A stretch of 64,000 nucleotides of DNA. Source: an uncultured Clostridium sp. Its GTDB lineage: Bacteria > Bacillota > Clostridia > TANB77 > CAG-508. The number at the start of each line of letters is the position of its first letter. Position 1 is the first letter of the stretch. The stretch spans positions 24,879-88,878 of the forward strand of contig CAZDPV010000002.1 of the NCBI GenBank assembly GCA_964507565.1, given 5' to 3'. The notes beneath the pieces are model-generated. The model searched no databases. It saw only the letters and a list, made by a program, of their open reading frames with translations, and was not told the DNA's origin. Positions 25,135 to 33,179 of the stretch are shown here, piece by piece. Position numbers and translations under genes: made by a program.

Positions 25135-27311
25135 TAGAAGAAAATAATTTTGAAGAAATATTAAATTACATTGGACTAAATATGAATGAAAATTATCAAG
25201 AAGATAATCAAAAGCCTGAATATAATATTGCAAAAGCCTATGACAATAATGTTTTATATAAAATCTATAAAAAAATAAATATAAATGATATAGTTATTTT
25301 AATAAGCAATACAGATAGAACAACAGATATAAAAGAAAGATATGAAACTGCTAAACCAATATTCACATATATAAAGGAAAACAAAAATGATTTTAAAAAT
25401 ATAGTAGAAAGAGCATCTATACAAGAAATAAAAAAATTGGAAAACATACAAGAAGAATTTAAAACAAAAATACCATATTTTATAAAATATGATAAAAACT
25501 ATTTATGGCAGATTTATTACTCAAAAGCAGATGATAAATATTTTATGCTATTTCCAGCAAAAGAAGGAGAAACATCAGTAGTACTATACTTACTAAAAGA
25601 ACAATTAAAAAAAGAAGATAATTATATATATATACCAATCTGCAAAGAAGAATATAGTGAAGAAATACTGTCTAAAAAGCAAATAAGTGATATGGAAAAT
25701 TATATTTGGCTATTTACTAACCAATTTCCAACCACTTATGAATATACAACTACTGATGGTAGCAAAACATTATTCTTAATTGGAGAAACTAATATTCAAG
25801 AAAATTTAAAAACAAAATATAAAATAGAAATAAAAAATAAAGATGAAGCGGAAAAACAATATGCACTATTTAAAGCATTATTTATATTAACAACAGAAAC
25901 TAACTATAATTACGAATTTGAACCAAGACTTGATGAAATGGGAAAATTAGTTTTAACATACAATGATAAAATAATCTCATTTGATAATCTCGAGCAATTT
26001 ATTAAAACGGAAAACTTGGAAAAGAGAACATTGGAAAAGAGTTTAAACACGAAAATTGGAAATGAAAAAAAGTATTTAGAAGAACTAAAACAACAAATAA
26101 AAGAACAAACAGATACTTATGCAAAACAAGAGAAGCAAATTGTTATGTTTTTAAACTGCAAAAAAAGTTTTTTCAAGAGGATAAAGTTTTTTTTCTCTGG
26201 AAATAAAAAACTAAAATTAAAAATAAAAAATGATGAAGAATTACCAAAAAAAGATACAGACTTTGTTTCTGAAGAAGTAAAACAAGAAGAAAATAATCAG
26301 GAAGAAATAGTAAGTAGAACATATTCAATAGCTGACTTAATAAAAATCTGCACAGAAGCTAAGAAAATAATAGAAGAAGAAAAAAACATAAGTGCAGATA
26401 TAAAAGCATTAGAGCTAAAAAAAGAAAATATGATTAGAAAAATAGAAAACGCACAAAATTATATTGAAGAAATAGAAAAACACAAGAAAAGTATCTTTGA
26501 CTTTTGGAAATTTACTAATAAGGATAATTTACCAGAACTATCGGTAGGAGAAAAAAAAGAAGTCGAAGCAAAAGTGAAAATTGGTTTTAATTTTGAAGAA
26601 GATTTACCAGAACTTATGATAAAGGCTGATGAATTGCAAAGAAGAAAACTTTCAATAGATGAATGTAACTCTATTTATTTATGCGATAAAATTTTGCCAG
26701 CAATAAATAGCTCAATTTGTAAATGTGATACATACAAAATTGGAGAGGAATATGAAAAATTAGTTAAAGAGTATTCGCCAATAAATAAAATATCTGAATT
26801 ATTTGGTGGAATTGAAGATGACTATACTAAAATAAAAACTTTGAATAATAGAAAGCATAGAGAAAACCAAAAGAATATTTATTCAATTTTAAAAATAAAT
26901 CAAACCACAAGCGTTGATGATTTTAAAAATATAATAAAAGAAAAATCAAGACTTGTGAATGAAGCATATCAAAAAATCACTTCAATTTGCAGTATGCCTA
27001 TTTATTATACAAATAAACAAAAAGGATTTACAATTGGAAATATAAATCCGTACAAATTATTTCAAGAATTGGAATGTAATAAAATATATAAAATGAATCT
27101 AAATGAAAATTCACATATTTTATATATGAGCAATATCATATTTTATGATAATTACAATAAAACTTTACCACTAGGAATGGATGAGTCAACTGAAGTAATA
27201 ATAAAAGTCGGAGAAAATAGAAAAATCTCGGAAAAAAATATAAATATCTTAATAGAAAAAGATTTATACAATGTTGAAATAAAGCAAATAAAACTAATAG
27301 AGGAACAGTAA
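25113..27311 (+). CDS. Hypothetical 732-aa protein with a central coiled-coil/K-E-rich region, translationally coupled to the ThrRS paralogue
   Basis: TTG start at 25113, 7 nt after GGAGG (25101-25105), overlapping the upstream stop by 22 nt. I recognise no motif. There are long predicted helical segments (EKKYLEELKQQIKEQTDTYAKQEKQ; IRKIENAQNYIEEIEKHKK). Confidence 0.7.
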   Translation: MQQDSKVIEENNFEEILNYIGLNMNENYQEDNQKPEYNIAKAYDNNVLYKIYKKININDIVILISNTDRTTDIKERYETAKPIFTYIKENKNDFKNIVERASIQEIKKLENIQEEFKTKIPYFIKYDKNYLWQIYYSKADDKYFMLFPAKEGETSVVLYLLKEQLKKEDNYIYIPICKEEYSEEILSKKQISDMENYIWLFTNQFPTTYEYTTTDGSKTLFLIGETNIQENLKTKYKIEIKNKDEAEKQYALFKALFILTTETNYNYEFEPRLDEMGKLVLTYNDKIISFDNLEQFIKTENLEKRTLEKSLNTKIGNEKKYLEELKQQIKEQTDTYAKQEKQIVMFLNCKKSFFKRIKFFFSGNKKLKLKIKNDEELPKKDTDFVSEEVKQEENNQEEIVSRTYSIADLIKICTEAKKIIEEEKNISADIKALELKKENMIRKIENAQNYIEEIEKHKKSIFDFWKFTNKDNLPELSVGEKKEVEAKVKIGFNFEEDLPELMIKADELQRRKLSIDECNSIYLCDKILPAINSSICKCDTYKIGEEYEKLVKEYSPINKISELFGGIEDDYTKIKTLNNRKHRENQKNIYSILKINQTTSVDDFKNIIKEKSRLVNEAYQKITSICSMPIYYTNKQKGFTIGNINPYKLFQELECNKIYKMNLNENSHILYMSNIIFYDNYNKTLPLGMDESTEVIIKVGENRKISEKNINILIEKDLYNVEIKQIKLIEEQ

Positions 27312-27343
27312 CACCATACATAATAAGAATGGATTATAAAATG

Positions 27344-27396
27344 AGGTTGTAAAATATGATGTGCTAATTATAAAAATAACACCATATTTACAACCT
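27344..27396. terminator. Imperfect long hairpin between convergent genes (candidate bidirectional terminator)
   Basis: aggttgtaaaatatgatgtg ... caccatatttacaacct forms an arm of about 17 bp with bulges. No strong T-run on either side, so confidence is low. Confidence 0.35.
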
Positions 27397-27443
27397 TAAT
27401 AGTTTCTAATAAATATATATCCAAGCTTAATAGGTAATGAGAA

Positions 27444-28925
27444 TTACAATATAATGCAAATCAATCCTCCAGAACCCTCATTTACAATACGCTCTAATGT
27501 CTGCTGTAATTTTACTTGAGCATCTTCAGGCATACATGCCAGTTTGTTTTGAAGACCTTCATTAACAAGCTCATGTAAACTTCTACCAAATATATTAGAC
27601 TCCCAAATTTTCTTGGGATCATTTTCAAACTGAGAAAGAAGATATTTTACTAAATCTTCAGATTGTTTTTCACTTCCAACAATAGGAGAAATTTCAGTTT
27701 CAACATCAGTTTTAATTAAATGAATTGAAGGTGCTTTTGCTTTTAACTTTACTCCAAATTTAGAACCTTGTTTAACCATTTCAGGTTCATCTAAAATTAA
27801 ATCTTCCATAGAAGGTGTAATAATTCCATATCCCTTAGCTTTAACTTCCTCTAATGCGGGTTCAATCTTATCATATTCTGTTTTAATTTTAGAAAATTTA
27901 TAAAATGTTGAAAACAGTTCAAATTCATTGGAAATTGTTTGACCTGACATTTCTGTAAGTACCTTATAGAACAAATCGGATTTTACATTCATAGTAACTG
28001 TAACATTTCCATTCCCAAGATTTATTTCATCGACTGAACTTGACGTTACAATGTTACTTTCAGGCATTGATGCAACTGTAGCACTTACTTGTTTTATAAT
28101 TCTTACGTTTTGAAAATCTGTTTTTATTTCTTTAAACATTTCTTTTCTTAACCAGTGATCAAACCCAAGGGCATCAATCCATTTAGGATAATTTATGTTA
28201 ATTCTCTGTGTTGGAAATTCATACAACATTTTACCGAATATTTCATTTACATTATCTATATTTAGATTTGCACAGTCCATTGAAATAACAGAAACTCCAT
28301 ACTTCTCCTGTAAGGAATTAGCTAAATCCTTTGAATAATCAGAGTTCGGGTCAACACTATTTAAAACAATTACGAATGGTTTATTTAGAGATTTTAATTC
28401 TTTTGCAACTCTTTCTTCTGCTAAAATGTAATCATCACGAGGAATTCCAGAAAAGCTTCCATCTGTTGTTACTAAAATGCCAACTGTTGAATGATCTTGA
28501 ATTACTTTTTTTGTGCCTATTTCAGCTGCTTCTTCAAAAGGAATTTCATCAGCAGACCACGGAGTTTTTACCATTCTTGGAATATCATTTTCTAAATATC
28601 CAATAGCATTACTAACCAAATATCCAACGCAATCAACAAATCTTGCTTTAAATTTCACATTTCCGTTAACAGTAATTGGAACAGCCTCATTAGGAATAAA
28701 TTTGGGTTCTGTAGTCATTATTGTTTTTCCAGAACCACTTTGAGGCATTTCATCTAAAGTTCTTTCTCTTTTATATTGATTGTCAATATTAGGAATTACA
28801 AGTAAATCCATAAAATTTTTAATAAACGTGGACTTACCAGTCCTTACTGGACCAACAACACCAACATAAATGTCACCATCTGTACGCTTTGCAATATCTT
28901 CATATAATTTTGAATTGTCCTCCAT
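27444..28925 (-). CDS. spoIVA: Stage IV sporulation protein A (spore coat morphogenetic ATPase)
   Basis: The N-terminus DIAKRTDGDIYVGVVGPVRTGKSTFIKNFM carries the Walker A motif. Overall collinearity with SpoIVA ends in GGLICIIL. An AAAGGAGG RBS sits upstream on the - strand. Confidence 0.95.
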   Translation of the reverse strand: MEDNSKLYEDIAKRTDGDIYVGVVGPVRTGKSTFIKNFMDLLVIPNIDNQYKRERTLDEMPQSGSGKTIMTTEPKFIPNEAVPITVNGNVKFKARFVDCVGYLVSNAIGYLENDIPRMVKTPWSADEIPFEEAAEIGTKKVIQDHSTVGILVTTDGSFSGIPRDDYILAEERVAKELKSLNKPFVIVLNSVDPNSDYSKDLANSLQEKYGVSVISMDCANLNIDNVNEIFGKMLYEFPTQRININYPKWIDALGFDHWLRKEMFKEIKTDFQNVRIIKQVSATVASMPESNIVTSSSVDEINLGNGNVTVTMNVKSDLFYKVLTEMSGQTISNEFELFSTFYKFSKIKTEYDKIEPALEEVKAKGYGIITPSMEDLILDEPEMVKQGSKFGVKLKAKAPSIHLIKTDVETEISPIVGSEKQSEDLVKYLLSQFENDPKKIWESNIFGRSLHELVNEGLQNKLACMPEDAQVKLQQTLERIVNEGSGGLICIIL

Positions 28926-28965
28926 TTTAAACCTCCTTTAGAGCGTTTGTACAAAACTTTATTAA

Positions 28966-28995
28966 AGTATATTAGACTTTTCAAAAAGTTATGAC
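28966..28995 (-). promoter_or_regulatory. Candidate sigma-E-like sporulation promoter for spoIVA
   Basis: The - strand reads GTCATAAC, then about 14 nt, then AATATACT. This loosely resembles sigma-E -35 (cATAtt-like) and -10 (CATACA-T) elements. It is a weak by-eye call. Confidence 0.25.
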
Positions 28996-29119
28996 TAATT
29001 TAACAAAGAAAAAAATATTGCATAATATATTGTAATGTGATAAAATGTGAAAAGTTATTTAACAACACGTGCAAAGCTAAGCAAAAAATGATTGAATACA
29101 GATAGAAAGGACTTTAATA

Positions 29120-30364
29120 ATGATGGAAAATTATAAGGAAAAGTTAGAAAAATATAAACAAACTCACTTACTAAAATACTTAGAAATGTGTAATAACAAC
29201 CAACAAAGTCAACTAATAGACGAAATTGAAAATTTAGATTTTGAAACATTAAACAGATTGTATGAAATAAGTAATAGAAATAATGATAAAGCTATTTCAA
29301 GTTGTATAATAGAACATACAAAATTTTCCGATAAATATAAAATGTCAGAAGGAGAATTTAAAGACTTAAAGAAAATAGGAGAAGACACAATAAAAAATAA
29401 TCAATATGCTGTTGTTACTATGGCTGGAGGGCAAGGAACCAGATTAGGCCATGATGGACCAAAAGGAACCTTTCTTTTAAATGTAGAACCAAAACCAAAG
29501 TATTTATTTGAAATTATTGCTGATGGTTTGAAAAAGGCTAACGAAAAATACAATGTTACTTTACAATGGTACATAATGACAAGTTCTGAAAACAATGAAA
29601 AAACAAAGAATTTTTTTGAAGAACATAATTATTTTGATTATCCAAAAGATAAGGTAATGTTCTTTAAACAAGGAAACCTACCTCTTTTAAGTCAAGAAGG
29701 AAAAGTACTTATTGATGAAAATTTTAATATAAAGTTAGCAGCAGATGGAAATGGTTGCATATATAAAGCAATGAAAAAAGATGGAGTACTTAACGATATG
29801 AAAAGTAAAGGAATTAAGTGGGTGTTCATTGGAGCCGTTGATAATGCGTTACTAAATATGGTTGACCCAATATTATTAGGTCTTACAATAAATGATTGCA
29901 ATGAAATAGGATCAAAATCAGTAGTTAAGGCAAATCCACATGAAAAAGTTGGAGTTTTCTGCAAGAAAAATAATGCACCAGCTGTTATTGAATATACTGA
30001 ACTACCAGAAGAAATGGCAGAAGAAACAGATGAGGATGGAGAATTATTATTTGGAGAATCACATATTATGTGTAATTTATATAGTCTTAAAGCACTAGAA
30101 AAGATTAGTAGCATGGAACTTCCATATCATAGTGCACATAAAAAAGCAAGCTATATGAAAGAAAATGGAGAAATGTTTATTGCAACAGAGCCTAACGCAT
30201 ATAAATATGAGGCATTCATATTTGATGGATTTAACTATTTTGATGATATTTCAATATTAAGAGGAAGAAGAGAAGAAGACTTTGCACCTATTAAAAATAA
30301 AGAAGGAAACGATAGTCCAAAAACAGCTGCAAAATTATATAATGAATATTGGGGCAGAAAATAA
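29120..30364 (+). CDS. UDP-sugar (UDP-N-acetylhexosamine) pyrophosphorylase, UDPGP/UAP1 family
   Basis: Contains VVTMAGGQGTRLGHDGPKGTF, the nucleotide-binding signature of the UDPGP family. DGNGCIYKAM and FIGAVDNAL blocks are also present. 414 aa. Confidence 0.85.
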   Translation: MMENYKEKLEKYKQTHLLKYLEMCNNNQQSQLIDEIENLDFETLNRLYEISNRNNDKAISSCIIEHTKFSDKYKMSEGEFKDLKKIGEDTIKNNQYAVVTMAGGQGTRLGHDGPKGTFLLNVEPKPKYLFEIIADGLKKANEKYNVTLQWYIMTSSENNEKTKNFFEEHNYFDYPKDKVMFFKQGNLPLLSQEGKVLIDENFNIKLAADGNGCIYKAMKKDGVLNDMKSKGIKWVFIGAVDNALLNMVDPILLGLTINDCNEIGSKSVVKANPHEKVGVFCKKNNAPAVIEYTELPEEMAEETDEDGELLFGESHIMCNLYSLKALEKISSMELPYHSAHKKASYMKENGEMFIATEPNAYKYEAFIFDGFNYFDDISILRGRREEDFAPIKNKEGNDSPKTAAKLYNEYWGRK

Positions 30365-30453
30365 TACAAACTAACAAGTTTTAAATAGCAAATATCAAAT
30401 AATTTTAAGAAATAGCTTCAGAATTGATTTTAAATAAATAGATTGGAGAAAAA

Positions 30454-31119
30454 ATGGAAGAGTGTAAAATTAAAAACCTTTATAATCTGGATGAAACAAT
30501 AGCAAAAGAGCTGTTAGAAGAATATGAATATCCATGGGAAGTATTACCTAACATTAGTGACTTTATTTTAAAACTTGGCAATAAACTACCTAAAGAAGAG
30601 TACAATAAAATAGGAGAAGATGTGTGGATACATAAAACAGCCAATGTATTTCCATCAGCATATATAAAAGGACCTGCTATAATTTGTGCTGGAGCTGAAA
30701 TAAGACATTGTGCTTTTATTAGGGGAAAAGCAATAGTAGGAGTTGGTGCGGTTGTTGGAAATTCTACAGAATTAAAAAATGTAATATTATTTAATAAGGT
30801 ACAAGTACCACATTACAACTATGTTGGAGATTCAATTTTGGGATACAAATCACATATGGGTGCAGGATCTATTACGTCTAATGTTAAATCAGACAAAAAG
30901 CTTGTAGTTATAAAAGGAAGTAAAGAAAAAATTGAAACTGGAATTAAAAAAATAGGAGCAATGATAGGCGATAATGTTGAAGTTGGATGTGGAAGCGTTT
31001 TAAATCCAGGAACAGTAATTGGTAGAAATACAAATATTTATCCTTTATCTTCAGTAAGAGGAGTAGTTCAACAAGATATGATTTACAAAAACAAAAACGA
31101 AATTGTGAAAAAAGCTTGA
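30454..31119 (+). CDS. Left-handed beta-helix (hexapeptide repeat) acyltransferase resembling the GlmU acetyltransferase domain
   Basis: PHYNYVGDSILGYKSHMGAGSITSNVKSDKK and IGDNVEVGCGSVLNPGTVIG match the GlmU C-terminal pattern (H-x-x-Y-[IV]-GD-x-x-[IL]-G, N-x-GAG-x-IT-x-N). Confidence 0.75.
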   Translation: MEECKIKNLYNLDETIAKELLEEYEYPWEVLPNISDFILKLGNKLPKEEYNKIGEDVWIHKTANVFPSAYIKGPAIICAGAEIRHCAFIRGKAIVGVGAVVGNSTELKNVILFNKVQVPHYNYVGDSILGYKSHMGAGSITSNVKSDKKLVVIKGSKEKIETGIKKIGAMIGDNVEVGCGSVLNPGTVIGRNTNIYPLSSVRGVVQQDMIYKNKNEIVKKA

Positions 31120-31258
31120 CAAATAGGGAAAAAATAAGTATAATTAAAACATACATAAGAGATAGCAAAGAGTGGAAACAAATTCCACTCTTTCATTTAT
31201 GCTAAAAGATAGAAAATTTTTAAATATTAAAATAAATGGAAGGAATAATATTAAGAAG

Positions 31259-31852
31259 ATGACAGGTATAGAAGTTAAAATAAGCGAGTGTATTCAGCCA
31301 ATTATAACAAATCTTGGATATGAATTATATGATGTTATCTATGAAAAGGAAGGCAGAGATAATTATTTAAGAATATACATAGACAGTTCGCAGGGAATTA
31401 GTTTAAATGATTGTGAGAATGTTAATAATAATATAACTGAAGTACTAGACGAGAAAGACTTTATAAAATCACAATATTTTTTGGAAGTATCATCAACAGG
31501 CGTTGAAAAGAGACTAAGAAGTGATGAACAACTAGAAAAAAACATTGGAAATAAAATAGAAGTACATACATATAAAGCAATAGAAAATATGAAGGTTCTA
31601 ATAGGAATATTAAGAAATAATTCTAGCCAAGATATAACTCTTGAACTTGTAGAAAATCAAACTGACAAAAGTAAAACAGAAAAATCAAAAGAAAAAAAGA
31701 AAAAGTCAAAAAGCAATGAGAATAATGTTCTACCACAAAATGAAGACAAATTATTGGTAAAAACAGATAACTCAGAAGTAACAAATATAATAAAAATAAA
31801 TAAAAGTAATATTTCAAATATGAAAACAGTTTTTAATTGGGAGGAAATGTAA
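31259..31852 (+). CDS. rimP: Ribosome maturation factor RimP (with K/S/E-rich insertion near the C-terminus)
   Basis: Contains LGYELYDVIYEKEGRDNYLRIYID...ISLNDCENV...YFLEVSSTGVEKRL. I prefer the ATG at 31259 (MTGIEVKI...) over the GTG at 31172 used by the ORF track. It is immediately followed by nusA. Confidence 0.8.
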   Translation: MTGIEVKISECIQPIITNLGYELYDVIYEKEGRDNYLRIYIDSSQGISLNDCENVNNNITEVLDEKDFIKSQYFLEVSSTGVEKRLRSDEQLEKNIGNKIEVHTYKAIENMKVLIGILRNNSSQDITLELVENQTDKSKTEKSKEKKKKSKSNENNVLPQNEDKLLVKTDNSEVTNIIKINKSNISNMKTVFNWEEM

Positions 31853-31853
31853 A

Positions 31854-33047
31854 ATGAAAAAGAAAGAAGTAAAAATAGTTAACAAAGGTATAGATATGAC
31901 AGAGCTAATGTCTGCAATGAATGAATTAGAAAAGAATAATGGAATAAAGAAAGAATTTCTAATGGAATCAATTGAAACTGCATTATTAGTAGCATATAAA
32001 AGAAATTTTGATTCTGCAGATGAAAATATCAAGGTAATAATAGATAAAATAGATGGACAAATGCACGTATATCAAGAAAAAGATATTGTAGAAAATGTTG
32101 AAGATGATAAAAAAGAGATTTCATTAGAAGATGCAAATAAAAAAGGTAATAAATACGAATTAGGAGATAAATTCGAAATTGAGCTTATGCCTAAAGAATT
32201 TGGAAGAATTGCCGCACAAACAGCAAGACAAGTGATAACTCAAAAAATAAGAGAAGCTTCAAGAGATGTTATATTTAAGGAGTTTGAAAATAAAAAAGGC
32301 GAAATAATGACAGGGTTAGTTCAAAAAGCAGATGGAGGAGCCATTGTTCTTGATTTAGGAAGAATAGAAGGAATAATGCCAAGAAAAGAACAAATACCAA
32401 CTGAAAGATATTCTGTAAATGATAAAATTAAAGCATGTATAATAAGTGTTGAAAAGGGAGTTAAGGGTTCTACTCAAATACTACTATCAAGAGCAAGTAT
32501 TGAATTTGTTAGAAAATTATTTGAAATAGAAATTCCTGAAATATATGAAGGCCTTATAGAAATAAAGAGCATTTCAAGAGAAGCAGGAGCAAGAAGCAAA
32601 ATTGCTGTATACTCTCCAAACCCCAATATTGATCCAGTTGGCTCTTGTGTTGGACAAAAGGGAATACGTATTCAAAATATAATAAATGAATTAAATGGAG
32701 AAAAAATAGACGTAATCGAATGGAATGAAGATCCATCAATATTTATATCTACTGCATTATTACCTGCGAAAGTATTAGCTGTTGACATAAAAGAAGAAGA
32801 CAAATTTGCACAAGTAATTGTACCAGATGATCAATTATCTTTAGCAATAGGTAAAGGTGGTCAGAATGCTAAATTAGCTGCAAGACTTACTAATTGGAAA
32901 ATTGATATAAAGAGCGAATCTCAATTTAGAAAAATGATAGAAGATAGCCAAGAGGAACAAAATCAAGTAGAAACTGTCGATGAAAATATATTAGAAGATG
33001 ACGAAATACCTGATAATGAAAATCAATCAGAAAAAGAAGAAGAATAG
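31854..33047 (+). CDS. nusA: Transcription termination/antitermination factor NusA
   Basis: Has the N-terminal domain (FLMESIETALLVAYKR), an S1 domain (GEIMTGLVQKADGGAIVLDLG) and two KH domains (VGSCVGQKGIRIQNI; LAIGKGGQNAKLAARL). The tail is acidic. Confidence 0.96.
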   Translation: MKKKEVKIVNKGIDMTELMSAMNELEKNNGIKKEFLMESIETALLVAYKRNFDSADENIKVIIDKIDGQMHVYQEKDIVENVEDDKKEISLEDANKKGNKYELGDKFEIELMPKEFGRIAAQTARQVITQKIREASRDVIFKEFENKKGEIMTGLVQKADGGAIVLDLGRIEGIMPRKEQIPTERYSVNDKIKACIISVEKGVKGSTQILLSRASIEFVRKLFEIEIPEIYEGLIEIKSISREAGARSKIAVYSPNPNIDPVGSCVGQKGIRIQNIINELNGEKIDVIEWNEDPSIFISTALLPAKVLAVDIKEEDKFAQVIVPDDQLSLAIGKGGQNAKLAARLTNWKIDIKSESQFRKMIEDSQEEQNQVETVDENILEDDEIPDNENQSEKEEE

Positions 33048-33179
33048 AAGTAAAACTAATTAAAAGGAATAATATTCAAATGTTTTATATAAAATATAAG
33101 GAAAATGTAAGAGGTGTAATATTGAGAAAGTTTAATAAAGGGACAAATCAAAATAAAAAAATGGGAGGTGAAGAATAAT

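Noticed and set aside
28331-28743. + strand ORFs of 91 and 76 aa
   Set aside because: They are antisense to spoIVA, which is unambiguous.
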